A stretch of 63,787 nt of DNA, filler included, from Octopus bimaculoides (GCF_001194135.2; 6 parts of 6 records of this genome joined end to end with filler, not necessarily neighbours in it); one strand, 5' to 3'. Positions 39,671-54,659 are shown, counted from the whole stretch's first letter. The notes: generated by a model not told the origin, from the sequence alone. Translations and numbers: made by a program.

Positions 39671-42600
39671 TTCATATACACTCAACACATTAGACTGTTG
39701 GGATAGAAAAAATTCTACAATCAGGCTTCAGCAAGTAGCCTTAGATGCCAAGGACCCTCCTATCGGGGCACAAATAGCCTTAGATGCCAAAAACCCTCCT
39801 AAGTATCCTAGCTGTCCCTAATAACACTGTTTTCTGTGGCTGTACTAAACTGGGTTTTATTCCTATTTCCTCTAACCATCTGTTTAGCTCTTTAGGGATA
39901 GTCCCCAATGCACCTATAACTATTGGGATACACTTTCCATTGTTTTTGTAATTCAATGGCTAGGTCCTTGTACTTAGCTATTTTTTTCTATATTTCTCAT
40001 TAATTTTCTCATCATTTGGGACTGAAAACTCAATGATCTGGCTCTTTCTACTCCCTTTATCTACTACTACCAAATCAAGCTTTCTCGCTCCTATTACTCT
40101 GTCAGTCTGAATGTTAAAGTCCCACAACATTATTGTATTTCTTACTTTCTAGTACTTTACTAGGTTCATGTTCATACCATTTATCAGTATGTTCAAATCC
40201 TACCTTTCTACATAGCTCCAAGTGGATTATTCTCCCTAGATCATCATGTTTTTTATTGTATTATTTCTGTGCCAGCATACTACATTTACTTCCTATGTGA
40301 GTAACGCTTTCCTCTTTTGATTTGCATAATCTACACTGGGAATCTACTTGGTTTTTGTCTATCTTGGTGTTTATCCAATTAGTTCTTAATACTTGATTTT
40401 GCGCAGCTACTAACAAACTTTCTGTCTCCCTCTTCAGCCTTCCTTTCTGTAACCATAATCGTATCTCACAACTACTATTTGCCGCAACTATCCTTGGGAA
40501 TCTACCATACAACACCTTCTCCTGTCAGTCAGATCATTTCTGGGTTTTTGGTTTCCCTATGTCTTGCTGTGACTCTAGCAGCTTTTTCTTCACTATTACC
40601 TCCTTTCGATGATTTTAATGTCTGGCCATCTGGTAATTGGATGCCTTCGCTGTTAACTACTAGTTCCCTTCTCATAACTAATATTGCACACTTATCTATG
40701 ACAGATTCCATGCCTACATCTTTGCTGAAGAGTCTTACAGTCTATATTACTAAAAAGCTTCAGAACTGGAAAAGTTGCTTGTAGAGCAAATGGTTAATTT
40801 TTCCATTACTATTTCTGAACTGATTCCCTGCCTTTGCCTTTCTTAATACTAAGAAGAGGGGGAATCAAACACAAGACAAATATTAAAGGGGACAATGAGT
40901 CCCCCTGGAAAATTCCTCTTTTGATATTAACTTTCCCTAACAGTGTCATCTGAGTAGAGATCTACTTTCCATCTCTTCTGGCTACAGTTAATTAATCTTC
41001 TTATGTAGTCTGCTATACTGAATATACTCAAGCATGAGTGTGGGATCATGTCATAGGCTTTCCTATAATCTATCGAACCTATCGGGAGATTATTCTTTCT
41101 AGCTTTTACTTCATTTAGAATGGCTTTTCTGTGTAATAGATAATGCGTTCCTCTAACCTTCTTCCTGCAACCTTTCTGTTCTTCTGGCAGTAAATTCTGG
41201 TAGTCAAGGTGCTCGTAAATGGTTTCTGAAAGCATTCCTATTAACGGCTTCCACACTAATGGTAAGCAAGTGATGGTCTATAGTTGCTAGCTGTATTATC
41301 CGCGCACTTATCTTTCATAATGAGCATTGTCCTCCCTCTACTCAACCAATCTGGCATTATTCCGCCATTAAAGCAATCCTGAAGTTGTTCCCTCAGCCTT
41401 CCATCTAAACTACTAAATTTCTTTAGTCAGTACCCTTGAACTAAATCTCGTCTTGGGCCCTTCCAATTCGACATTTTTCCTAACACTTTACTTATTAATG
41501 CACTAGTTAATCTTAGATGTGACTGCTTCTCGTTCACTATTTCTTCCCTCACTTTCTTTAACTATACTGCATCTCCATTATGATTGACTGGCTTATCCCA
41601 AATATTACAGCAGAAATTTCTAGATTCTTCTGCATTAGGTTTCTCATCTTCAGTACTTCGTTCTCCACTATTTATTTGGTTATAAAATCTCCTCTGGTCA
41701 GTCTCAAATAATCTATTCTGTTGATACTGATCTATTCTTTTCTGATATCTTGAGAGCTTGTCTGCTACTGCTATGATATACGCTGTTTCAACTCTTCTAT
41801 TACTGTCCCAAATCCTTTCTTTTTGACTAAGTATCTTTCCTAGAGGGAAGATTTGTATCTTGTATTTCTTAACTTGCTTGTTTTCCAGGCTTCTATTCTA
41901 CTGATCTTGTCTTAAAGTCTTCACTTTATTTTGTAGTCTCCTTTTCCACATTCGCTCTTTTTTAGTCTTTCCCTGTGAGATATCTAATCTTCTGGTGATT
42001 ACTACCCCTCCTGCATAAATCAATAAGTTAGTGTCTCCTATATATTTGGTGTCCATCCTACTGATAACAAAATCTACTTTCCTAGTCGTTTCTAACAGTT
42101 GGTGCCTTTTAATGCTGACAGTCTTTCTCTTATTCCTGCAGCTCATCGATAATCTTATGATTTTTCTCACTTAAATCACCTAAGTCGTTGGTGCCAGTTG
42201 TCCCTTCCTTATTGGTAGCGCTATTGTTATTTTTTCCTTTAGGTTCTTCTTTGGTTCAAGCTGTATCTCATATGTTGTTGTTTGTCTTCCTCACTGCCTG
42301 GGCTTTCTTTTCCAGTTCTCTTGTGATTTCTTCTACCCCTACTTCTGTCATCTATTTTCTTTTCTTAATAGTAGTAGCTTGATCAACTAATATCAGCTCA
42401 GTCACTTTAAACATACCCTTCTCTACCTAAAGTGTCAACATCGGTTTTCTATAGTCCCTTCTTTTAGGTTCACTTTCTAAGTAGCATTGCATCACTATCT
42501 TGTTTCCTTCGATGGTCCACTTCCTCCTCCTTGCTCTATTATCTACTGATGCTGTATTAGGATAACAGCTATGGTCAGTCTACATCTTTACTGAACCACT

Positions 42601-42780
42601 GCCGAGCGAGAGGCGTTCCTTTAATGGTCCAGCTTCATTTTCGCTGTTACAACTAGAGTTTTTTCGGTAACTCCTGCATCTCATAAACTGAGATAAGGTA
42701 ACGTTCGTCACCATCGTCATCACCACTATTATTCTTCGACATCTGAATGTTTCAAGCCACTTTCTATTGCTTGAGACGAG
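39590..42780 (-). mobile_element. R4/Dong-clade LINE, near full span but internally deleted and disrupted
   Basis: In order: RRKWTIEGNKIVMQCY.ESEP, WKRRLQNKVKTLRQD, RT motifs YRPITCLP.VWK, PEEQKGC, IDYRKAYDM.PHS, RGIFQGDSLSPL.F, knuckle CRLCKSKEES.THI...C..LAQ, RLE domain, then a 3'UTR and (AAT)n tail like those of the copy at 37755. Confidence 0.92.
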
Positions 42781-43638
42781 CTGTGGGAAATTGTGTCTGA
42801 CAAACGACGACCACACTTGCTCACCGTCTAGGAAGCACTGGAGATGTCACAGCCTCAGCGCTTGTCTGCAGATCAGCAACCATGGCATGCCCAACCCTCC
42901 ATTCAGCGGGTGTTGACAGTAAATGGAGTGCCTGATAAATGGAACGTATCCCTTCCACAGAAAGCGGAATAGTACACGCTCCAGTTTGGTCAGATGTAAA
43001 CTGGGGCAAAGCACGACGATCAGGTGATAATATATGACGGAGGTGATAGATGCATTCGCTACCTCTGCCCGACTTTTCAAGGATAGCTTTCTCTCGGCCC
43101 ATTTCTGAGTGATATTGCAACCTCGTCCCAGTTTTTCTCCGCCTGGAGATCGGGACCAAACTAGACCCCGAACAATTTAAGTGGTCCCTCCGTCCAGCGT
43201 CCCACGACGTTATTGGACGGTATGATCCTGTCTCTCCAGGTGCCAAACTGTTTAGATTAACCCAGATTGATCAGGGCCCCACTCATGCCAGCTTTCCTAC
43301 CCATCCTGTCTATGATGTAACGCATGAGGTGGAGGTTGTCGTAGATGGATCTGCGCATGGCCAGCGCCAACCTCTTTGTTAACAGCTCGGCCAAAATTTT
43401 GAAGTCTGCGTTCAGCAGTATTTTGCGCCTAAAATTTTCTATTTAATCCCCCTTGTTTGGGTCCTTTTTTTAGCAGTGTAACCGCTCATCGACTCACGGA
43501 ATTGGGATTTCTCCCGTCCTGCTGCCACTTGCGGTAGATATCTGCCAAAAGGCCGCCAAACAAGTCTGGCATATAGAAGTAAAGATCATAGGACAGACCA
43601 TCTATATCAGGCAACTTCACCTTCGTGCAACTCGTCAT
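42780..43638 (-). mobile_element. Tx1/L1-clade LINE fragment (RT and post-RT, with deletion)
   Basis: DGLSYDLY...LLKKDPNKG...LLNADFKILAELL..RL...RSIYDNLHLMRYII, and SVIYY.L.VV.CP...LTKLERVLFRFLWKG.VP.IR.SI..QHPLNGGLGMP. Confidence 0.85.
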
Positions 43639-43738
43639 NNNNNNNNNNNNNNNNNNNNNNNNNNNNNNNNNNNNNNNNNNNNTTAATTAATTAANNNNNN
43701 NNNNNNNNNNNNNNNNNNNNNNNNNNNNNNNNNNNNNN
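43639..43738. other. Artificial 100-bp scaffolding linker
   Basis: Same construct as 18468-18567. Confidence 0.95.
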
Positions 43739-44162
43739 CATCATCGTCGTCGTCGTCGTCGTCGACGTCATGATTATCATCATTATCATCATGAATAGCA
43801 TCATTAGCATGATGATGATAATGATCATGAACACCATGATCATGATGACCATGATGATCGTCATTAATAACAACAACAACAACAACAACAACAACACGAA
43901 CTAGGGCATCACGATGAACCTAAGTAGGTATATGAATAAAACATAGTTAATGTACGTAACGATATTAAGATACAATGAAAAAAGGAAAATTAACATGGTA
44001 TTATCATAAATAATGACATTTACAGAAAATAAAATTATCGAATGTATAAACGTTAAAAAAAAATTTTAATACGTACATAAACAGACACACACACACATGC
44101 GCGCGCACGCATTTATATATGTATACATGTATATGCATACATATATGCATATTCACATGTAT

Positions 44163-44209
<47 letters not shown>

Positions 44210-44305
44210 AACATATATATACATATATGCATATACACATGTATGTATACACACACACACACACATACACACACATATATATATACATATATGCATATAC
44301 ACATG

Positions 44306-44349
<44 letters not shown>

Positions 44350-44939
44350 TACATACACATATTTATAAAGATAAACGTATATGTATAATGTATGTATGTA
44401 CGTGCGTGTGTATGTATGATTGTGAGAATATGCGCGCTCGTACTTGTGTATGAACCGAGAAAAGAAATAATTCAAATTTGCCAGTAGCTTCAATTTGGGC
44501 TGCAAAGACGAAGAAATGTAAATTAAATATAGCACAAGATAGATTCTTGATTTATTGAAGTTGTCTTCACTTCCAGTGAAGGTAAACAAACGAATACCTA
44601 GCAGCCATTGTAACCGACTTTGAATGAGAAGGGGAGATAATCTCAAAAAATCAAGAATTCTCATGAATAAATATGACATTAAAAAAACGCCGGTGTCTTT
44701 TTTTTTTTTTTTGTCTGGGGGCAAGGGACAGCTGAGAAAGTGTGTTTCTGCATCAGTAGGCTTTATCGGTACTACATGAATAAGTCAAATGGAGACAAAA
44801 ATCTGTTTTAAGGGCAAATGAAAAGTATTATTTGGAAAATTTCGGCTGGAAACTGCGATACAAAATTTTGTGACAATTTTCATGTAGGAAAGTGATCAGA
44901 CTCTACTGATTTATTTTTGATACAAATGTTTATTGAATT

Positions 44940-45560
44940 TGAATTTAACTTTTTAATCTGTGTCCACAGATTGGCCTACATACAAACGTGGACAAAACGA
45001 AGTACATGTCTTGCAACAAAGAAAATAGCTACCTATTACCAATGAATGGGTACGAGTTGAGAAAAAGTAAATTTATTATATTTAGGCTCGTAAGGAGGAC
45101 ATTAAAATTCTCATTGCGAAAACATGGTCAGTTCTGTCAATGACATACCATTTGGAAATCAAATCTAAACCGTTTAAAATTATTTACTTTCGAGCAACAC
45201 TAGAAACAGTGCTCTCACACAGCTGCACTACACGGACTCTAACAAAAGCACTGGAAAGAAAACTAGATGCAACATACATAAGACTGCTGCAGGCTGCATT
45301 TATCGTTAAATGACGGCTCCATACTACACACCAGGTTTTTTGTAATAAAGAAAAGAAGACTGATATTTTGTGGTTAGTGCTTTCGTATCTAGGATGATGT
45401 AGTGAGTTAAATACTAATGTGGGAAACAACTTACGGAAAATGACCTAGTGTTGTCCTGCCAGGACATTTATTGACCAACTGGCTGAAGACTCTAGTCTAT
45501 TGAAGAGCGCCCTACTAAGAATAATGTAGTAGAGGCAATTCTCGAGACAAATCACTGATG
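44940..45560 (+). mobile_element. RTE-clade LINE 3' fragment
   Basis: LHTNVDKTKYM...FRATLETVL...TLTKALERKLDATYIRLLQAA, with frameshifts. Confidence 0.7.
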
Positions 45561-46269
45561 GTGTTCATCTGCGGACAACGTGGTAGGTAGGGAGGTAGGG
45601 TTTATATCAAGTTTTTGTTTTGGACATAACAGGATTCCTAAAGGAACTTGCATGCATCCAGGCTCCAAGAAATGGGACATGATTGATTATGTCCGGATGC
45701 CTTCAAAAACAATATTTACCAAATTTTTGAAGAAGCATTGGAAATTACAATGTCCAAAGGTAAGGACAAGTTTACGATAATAAGTATATTCTTAATTCTT
45801 TAACTCTATACAGGCCATTGCGCGATAACATCAGATCTCCATTTATATCGATCTTTGGAAATGGATTGCGGTTCTCTCCGGGTGTAGCCACTAACCAGTT
45901 CTTCTTAATTTCGGCATTCACTACGTTGCTTCATATGCAGTCTTTGAGGACTACCACTCGTTAATAGGGTCGGTCCCATATATCCTTTTGCTGGCGTTTC
46001 AGTAGCAATGTAGAAAACTGATAGTGTAGAGCTGCTAACCCTATGCTTACCACGCTTCTGTTTTCTGAACTGGGCTTGGAACCATCTATGGGGGAGTTAA
46101 TAAGAATATAAAAATTTTATTACTTTTCCAAAGGATAAAATGAGTAGTTGAGCTGCGACTTGATCTTCTTCATTGACTTTATACTTAGAAAATGATTTAC
46201 AAAATCCAAGATAAAATTTCAAAGTCATGTAACATAGCCCTTACATTACATCGTGGTAAAACTGTTTTT

Positions 46270-46900
46270 TGTTATTTACCTACTCTAAAAAGCTTCATAA
46301 GTGCCCTAAAATAACGGAACACGGTAAAACTTTGAAAAGTGTACCTTCCTTCAAATATTTTGGCAGCATGTTGAACTGGAATACAAATTTTGATGACAAA
46401 ACTGCAAATAGGATTCCAAAATCATGGATATGTTTTGGAAAATTACAATCTTTATTATAGCTTCAATGGTATATGAAAACTGAGACTAAAACACCTATTT
46501 TCAATATACACATTTTGTGTTTTGTTAACTAGTTCTACAGTATAGTCATAATATTCAAAGCATATTAATCAGTTGAGTCGTTTTCATCAAAAGTGTCTTG
46601 CAGAAATTATGTAAGTGATGTCTTGCAGACAGAGACTGTTGAAAGCATAAAATCTTTCTTGCAACGGAGTTGACCGAGATGGGCAAGCTATACAAATCCC
46701 ATGGAACAGAGAAGAATTCCAAAGCATCTGCTGTGTGGAGAAGTTTGTTCTGGAAGGAAGATCCTCGTACAATCTAAAGTTAAGATACAAAGAACAAAGA
46801 CTGAAAAATATCGCATTATTGTAGAAAGTTGGAAAAAATTGTAATTTGTATGGCATCGTAGAAAAAAAAGAAAAAAAAGAAGATTAATGCGTTCAAGTAC
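46270..46900 (+). mobile_element. RTE (BovB-like) LINE 3' fragment
   Basis: LKSVPSFKYFGS...ANRIPK....FGKL...INQLSRFHQKCL...RW.......RIPK.LL.GE. Confidence 0.7.
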
Positions 46901-49140
46901 TTTGAAGAGAATCATGTAAAACATGCAACATACAAACGGGACCAAAGGAAAGGAAATCCCATAGATAGCAATAATTCCTTCAAATGTTCAACTTGGAATT
47001 GAATATGTCTTTCTGGAGATGGTTTTATAAATTATATAAAAATAACGAGTTGAAGTCAATGGATAATCACCTGCTGTATTGCAATATNNNNNNNNNNNNN
47101 NNNNNNNNNNNNNNNNNNNNNNNNNNNNNNNNNNNNNNNNNNNNNNNNNNNNNNNNNNNNNNNNNNNNNNNNNNNNNNNNNNNNNNNNNNNNNNNNNNNN
47201 NNNNNNNNNNNNNNNNNNNNNNNNNNNNNNNNNNNNNNNNNNNNNNNNTATATATATATATATATATATATGTATATTTATTTTCAAACTGGAGACATCG
47301 CCCGAATACTTGCAATGGGCTGGACTTCCATAAGGAATTCAAGTAGTCAAACTTATTCAAGTAATAGCTTAAGAACGTCATGGTGGGATTTGAACTCAGA
47401 ACGCAAAAGCCGGAATAGCAACTGCAAGGAATCCGGTAGCTGTTCTGGCAGTCCCACAAAACTACAAGGAATCCGGTAGACATTCTTGCAAACCCTTATT
47501 TGATTTTTTTATCGACTCCATAAGGAAGAAAGGTCAAATTTACCTTGGTGACGTTTGAACTTAGAGCGCCGAGTGTCTAAACAAATTTCGCTTTAGCACC
47601 TCTCGGCCAATTCGTTGTTCCAAGACTAAGGTATGATCTTAGGAGATTTAAGGAGATTTGCTACTGGCCAGTGAGTGCCGTTTATTGATGGGTAACCATC
47701 TGTTGGATGTTGTGTGAAATATTTGTGTAGAAGCAGCTGTAAGATCTAGGAATGTGAACAACATCGTACGGTTGTTGTATTTTGGTGAGGGGGCAGCAAC
47801 TAATGAAGGTTGAGACTTCCCAAAGGTCTTAAAGAAGAATTCTTGTATTTGTTACACCGTTTAGCGATATTATTGCATTCGGAAGTGTCTTTAGAGATCG
47901 TCGGAGGTGATGAAACTTGGCCTGATGTACAAAGCACAATGAGGAAATGAGTCTGAACTTGTATACAGAATTTGTTTTCCAAACTCCTCCTCATAGCGGC
48001 TTAGCTAAGATAAATGAAAGTAAATAGAAAGTTAGATAGAGATTGAAAGAGAAAAAGAGAGGGAAAAAACTGAAAGATAAGGAACAGGGAAAGGGACACA
48101 CACACACACACACATACACACACGCACACACAGAAAACTAAGAGATGAGACATTGCTAAATTAAAGAGCTATTTAAACTAATAAACAAAGTTTCGCTTGA
48201 TTTTCCGTTGTAGTTTTATTATTTTTAAATTGTTAGTGTTGGTGTTTGTGTTGGATGGTGGGACTTCGTGTTGCAGATTTATGATTTAGAAAAGTTATAT
48301 AAATGGCGGTATATGTGTATATATATTAGATATATTTAAGCAATGCATTATTCGAAACGAAGTTTCAATAAATATAGCAATAAATAAGTAAATAGATAAA
48401 TTTGAAACGTAAATTGTGTGAAAATTTGATAGAAGTCGTCAAAGTAAGAACCTTTATTATGAGTCATTGAATGGATACAACACAATTCATTTAAAACGAT
48501 GTCTTTTTTATGGCTGCTTTTATAATAACGTGTGCTTAGCTTGCGGTAAATATATCGAACCCATCATTTCATGTGAATAGATGCATGTGCATTGGTGTGT
48601 GCGTGTGTGTGTGTATGTGTATGTGTGCTTGCGTTTGCGTACGCGAGAGGAAGATAAAGATGAATGGAGAAAGAGAGTAAGAGAAACAGCAAAACAACGA
48701 GAGAGAGAGAGAGAGATAGAGAGAGTGGGATTGGAGAGGGTGAGACAATGGTGTTTAATAGCAAATTGTTTTGAATTTTTATGTCTTGTTTTCAAAATGG
48801 TGGTCTTTAGTTGTATTCGTAAGCAGTTTTCCTATATGATTGCTGCACATCTTACTGTCTCTTGTAGTTTACGGTGTTCGTGTCAATGTTTCTCCTTCCT
48901 CCCCTTTCTCTCCCCCACTCTTTCTTCCTTTCATTCCATCATCTCTCCTCTCTCCCTTTTAGTTTTCACCCAATCTCTCAATCTATTTTTGTCTTAAATT
49001 TCAATTCAGCGTTCTCTCTCTTTCCAAGATGCTCTTGTATGGTTATCCCAATCTTTGTGACATACAGCATTTAACACGTATGTAAGGACAAATACACAGA
49101 CAGACACAGACACAGACAGACAGACAGACAGACAGACACA

Positions 49141-49202
<62 letters not shown>

Positions 49203-49288
49203 NNNNNNNNNNCGCACAATATGTATATACGTAAATATGTATATATATACATACACCTACACACATACATACACATACATACATACAT

Positions 49289-49320
<32 letters not shown>

Positions 49321-49444
49321 TACTCACACACACACACGCACAATATGTATATATGTATATATGTATATATATACATACACCTACACATATACACGCACAT
49401 ACATACATACATACATACATACATACATACATACNNNNNNNNNN

Positions 49445-49488
<44 letters not shown>

Positions 49489-49642
49489 GACATACATATA
49501 TATATTGTGTGTGTGATATGTATGCAGGATTGTATTAAGAATATAGTTAAAATAAAATCTTTGAATAATGATTGCATGCATCAAACTGCATATGTTAGCA
49601 TGTAGGTGTCGAGAGATGCTGATTATGAATGTTTTTATGTAT

Positions 49643-49673
<31 letters not shown>

Positions 49674-51010
49674 ATATTGTTGTAACATTTACTAAGTTTA
49701 CTAATGGTTTCCAAAGTGAAGCTATTACGGGTTGTTAACGATTTTGAAACAAGCTCAAAGAGCTTATTATCAAGTATGTTTGGAGATTGTGTGCATTATA
49801 AAACTAGGTGCGTACATATCTACATATCTGCATGCATATACATTAAATAAACGCTATATATGAGCAAGCAAGGGCACATATATATTTTATATATATATAA
49901 TTATGTGTGTGTATGTGTGTGTGTGTGTGAGTGTGTGCGTGTGTATGTGTCCATGCGAGTATGCAAGTTTGTGCGTGTGTGCTATGTACGTGTGAAGAGC
50001 GGTTAACCAAACAATACTGAAATTGTGTTAATAACATTATTCAAACTTGAGCCTTCGTCAACTGCTACTAGTGTTGGTGAATGGAAATTTTCTGGGAATT
50101 AATAGTAGCTATTTGTGCTTAGAAAACTTATTAATAGAGTGTTCGTGTGAATGGATTCTATTACTATGAAGTTTAATACTGGCCTTTGTTTTGTGTTTGT
50201 CCTCCACCACTGGTTTATGACCTGTGTTGGTTTGTTTACGTCCACATAACATAGTGGTCCGGCAAAAGAGACCGATAATTTAAGTACTAGGTTTCAAAAA
50301 TAAATACTGAGGTCGATATGTTCGATTAATCCGTTCCAGGCGGTGTTCCAGCTTGGCCACAGTTCAATGATTGAAACATGTAAAAGAAAGAATTAGGGAA
50401 TACAGAATGTAAAATGCAAAATATAGTCTTTTTTTGTCATGTGCTCTCAAGCTCAAAACGCAGATTTCAGGGCACATAGGTGGTTGAGATTATAAAACTC
50501 CCCATGAATGGGACGTCGGCCCTTCGCAGGGTTAACTTCCCAGTTATTGCTGAAACTTATAAGCAGGTGAGTGGACTGGAGAAACGTGAAATGAAGCGTT
50601 TTGTTCGAGAACACAACGCACCGCTTTGTCCAGGAATCGAAATCTCGAACTTTCGAACATGAGAGTAACACACCAAATACTAGGTCATGCGATCTCAGCA
50701 TGCAAGTTACAAATTTGCAATGTTATAAAAATATCAGATTATAAAATTACAGACTTGTAAAATTTCTAGTTTATAAAATTAGATTCGAATACAAAGCTGC
50801 AACCCTATAGAATGCCGAGGATTTAAAATATGTATGAGTGTTCAAAACCATGTGGTATGTCAGAATGTAGCGATGTATACATATGTATATTCTGTGTGCA
50901 TCACATGTATGCATGTGCGTGCAAATGCATATATGCAGATAAATATAATATACACGAACAGACGCGAGCACACACATACACACACAGGTGTTGATTCATA
51001 CAGAAGTCTG

Positions 51011-51069
<59 letters not shown>

Positions 51070-51121
51070 GTCTGTCTGTCTGTCTGTCATATATACATGC
51101 ACATATACACAAACATATATA

Positions 51122-51179
<58 letters not shown>

Positions 51180-51515
51180 AAGGCGCATGGCTCAGTGGTT
51201 AGAGCGTCGAACTTACAACCGTGATGTTGGGAGTTCGAATCCCGGACAGGGCTGCGTGTTGTGTTCTTGAGCAAGACACTTTATTTCCCGTTGCTACAGT
51301 TAACTCAGCTGTAGAAATGAGTTGTGATGTCACTGGTGCCAAGCTGTATCGGCCTTTGCCTTTCCCTTGGATGACATCGGTGGCGCAGAGAGGGGAGGCT
51401 GGTATGCCTGGGCGACTGTTGGTCTTCCATAAACCACTTTGCCCGGACTTGTGCCTCGGAGGGTAACTTTCTAGGTGCAATCCCATGGTCATTCGTGACC
51501 GAAGTGGGTCTCCGA
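51180..51515 (+). mobile_element. tRNA-derived SINE family C (related partial copies ~11830-11990 -, ~30590-30850 +, ~50480-50700 -)
   Basis: A box TGGCTCAGTGG, B box GAGTTCGAATCCC, then gtgttcttgagcaagacacttta...actcagctgtagaaatgag central domain. No tRNA cloverleaf 3' half. Confidence 0.85.
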
Positions 51516-51542
51516 TATATATGTATATATATATTTATATGC

Positions 51543-51599
<57 letters not shown>

Positions 51600-51966
51600 T
51601 ATATATATTTATTTATTTAGTGTACATTTGAGTGTAGAATGTCTATATATGTCCACATGTGCATACGTATACAACCAATGGGTGAATAACCTTTAACGAG
51701 AAACCTGAAGTTACGGTAACAAAAACTCGAAATTATATAATAAACTTTATGACAAACTCGAAATTCAGCTAGCGCTGAATTAAGATTTTGCCACTCGAAG
51801 TTCATTAATCAAATACATGAAAGATAATCAAAATTTAATGAGCCAGTTGTGTTGAACACACTTTCGTCGTAAAAGAGAGAAATTATCCTAATATGACGTA
51901 CACTACAACTACTTGCATATTTTGCGTCTGAACTTAATTAAGAATATATACGAAAATATTCAAATG

Positions 51967-52064
<98 letters not shown>

Positions 52065-52139
52065 CATGTATAGGTAAATAGAAAATGAAAAATAGCAAAT
52101 AAAATAAAAGTTAAAATGCGTACACATGCAAAGTATTCT

Positions 52140-52340
52140 TTTCTACTGTAGGCACAAGGCCCGACATTTTTGGGAAGAGAGCCAGTCGATTAGATCTACC
52201 CCAGTACGCAACTAGTACTTAATTTATCAACCCCGAAAGGATGAAAGGCAAAGTCAACCTCGGCAGAATTTGAACTCAGAACGTAAAGACAGACGAAATA
52301 CCGCTAAGCATTTCGCCCGGCGTGCTAACGTTTCTGCCAC
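52140..52340 (-). mobile_element. SINE family A (further copies ~47490-47620 -, ~53510-53690 +, ~56345-56560 -, ~56780-56850 -)
   Basis: Full head-to-tail match to the other copies. Confidence 0.9.
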
Positions 52341-53859
52341 CTTGTACACATGCAAGGTATTAGCTTGACACTCAGTATACGAAGGAAAAATAGAATGGGT
52401 CTATACGTTCCGAGCATGACTCTTCGTCAGAAAGAAGACAAAGGAAAGGTCCGGTGAAGGAAACAAGAGTTCAAGAAAAGCACGTGTGTGGTTTATCAGG
52501 AGGTTGTAACTTAGTGAAGTGAAATAAGTTAAGNNNNNNNNNNNNNNNNNNNNNNNNNNNNNNNNNNNNNNNNNNNNNNNNNNNNNNNNNNNNNNNNNNN
52601 NNNNNNNNNNNNNNNNNNNNNNNNNNNNNNNNNNNNNNNNNNNNNNNNNNNNNNNNNNNNNNNNNNNNNNNNNNNNNNNNNNNNNNTATATATATATATA
52701 TATATATATATGCAAGCATGAAACTTTCAACAAACGCTAGGTATAAAGGGGACATTAAATTACGTGAGATGAAATTACAAAATTTGGCTTCTGACATACA
52801 TTAGTAATAAATTAAATTTTAATTATGGTCCTGAAGAGGACCATAAAAGACGGTAAAAGAAAAAAAAAACGATAACAATATTCTTTAAATTACAGGCAAT
52901 ATGTCATGTTACAGGTTAATTAAGATTGTAATTCATATTTGAAACCTAAAGGTCATATAAAGTTGAAGCTTAATAGCCAAGAATATACGGAAAGGAGAGA
53001 TAAAATGGGTGTGGCAAAATGAGATATATGTTTGCGAGAGTTCTTCCGTATGCGTAGGATATTGTGTGCTAATTACAACATAAAATATGTCCGTATTATC
53101 GTCGTCGTCATGTATGGTACGCTTCGCAAAGCGCTGATAACACTACAATGAAAGTCTTCCCGGTTAAACGCGAGCCCTTCCGCCGGATGAAGCAATAAGG
53201 TTACTTCGTTCTGACTTTCTCATAGTGTTTTCTTGTCAGGTTTGCTGTTTCCTTCCACAACTAGATGGCCATTGGCCCACCGGTAGCTCATCTGTCCTTG
53301 GACAGATTTTGACTTTAGTCCTGCAGGGTATCCAGAAACCCTCCTTACAAGGGTAGCAAGCTATTCGAGTGGGGACCCAATTTAGTCGCTGACCATCCGA
53401 CCATCTGGTTTATGGTACGACTAGCAGGTATCTGCAGCCTGTGATGAGGTCCCTGAACTGACTAAAGTGCATATTATATTAAATTATGTTACATTATATT
53501 ATATTAAAAACAACATGCCTTAGTGACATTTCGTCCGTCTTGACGTTCTGAGTTCAAATTCTGCTCAGGTCGACTTTGCATTTCAAACCTTCGTGGTCAA
53601 TAAAATAAGTAACAGTGAAGTACTGGAGACGACGTAATCGACTTCCCCACCACCACAAAATCTGTTGCACCTGTGCTAAAATTTGAAACCATTATGTGTG
53701 CATATATATTTATATATGATTACATATACATGTATATATATGTATAGGCATATACATATGTGTATATATAAATGTATGTATATACGTATATAAATATATA
53801 TACATATATATACATACATACATATATATGTATATATATGTTTGTATATATATGTATAT

Positions 53860-53945
<86 letters not shown>

Positions 53946-54525
53946 NNNNNNNNNNNNNNNNNNNNNNNNNNNNNNNNNNNNNNNNNNNNNNNNNNNNNNN
54001 NNNNNNNNNNNNNNNNNNNNNNNNNNNNNNNNNNNNNNNNNNNNNNNNNNNNNNNNNNNNNNNNNNNNNNNNNNNNNNNNNNNNNNNNNNNNNNNNNNNN
54101 NNNNNNNNNNNNNNNNNNNNNNNNNNNNNNNNNNNNNNNNNNNNNNNNNNNNNNNNNNNNNNNNNNNNNNNNNNNNNNNNNNNNNNNNNNNNNNNNNNNN
54201 NNNNNNNNNNNNNNNNNNNNNNNNNNNNNNNNNNNNNNNNNNNNNNNNNNNNNNNNNNNNNNNNNNNNNNNNNNNNNNNNNAATCAACCGATGTTGGTCA
54301 ATTAGTTTGTTGATCAAAAGTTTTCTTTTCTGCTTATTCAAATTTGATTCCTGATAAACTTTTGTTCATTCTTTTGTTACCTGTACCCAATGAGCATAGT
54401 GTGCTTGCATACCCATGCCCAGGGATAGCATCGGTAAATGATATCGGTAGTAAGAACGGATACTATTATCCCTTAGACGGTTATTCCAACCGCTAACTCT
54501 GCTTACCTTATATATATATATATAT

Positions 54526-54562
<37 letters not shown>

Positions 54563-54659
54563 TGAAACAAATATATACATATATATATTTGTTTCATTCA
54601 TTTTGACTGCGGCCATGCTGGAGCACCATATATGCACCACGCACGCGCGCGCATGTGTA

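Noticed and set aside
51180-51260. tRNA gene (A and B boxes present)
   Set aside because: It continues into a SINE body, has no matching acceptor stem, and related copies are dispersed.
52396-52436. Hammerhead-like CUGACGA-AGAG..CUC-GGAAC on the minus strand
   Set aside because: GAAA is mutated to GGAA, there is no NUH triplet and stem I does not pair. At most a dead relic.
52824-52845. TATGGTCCT-GAAG-AGGACCATA hairpin containing CTGAAGA
   Set aside because: There is no GAAA box in register, and a 9-bp stem is not unusual in 64 kb.
53090-53460. CpG-rich stretch as a promoter island
   Set aside because: No downstream exon. It looks like a retroelement 5' fragment in a region where CpGs are generally retained.
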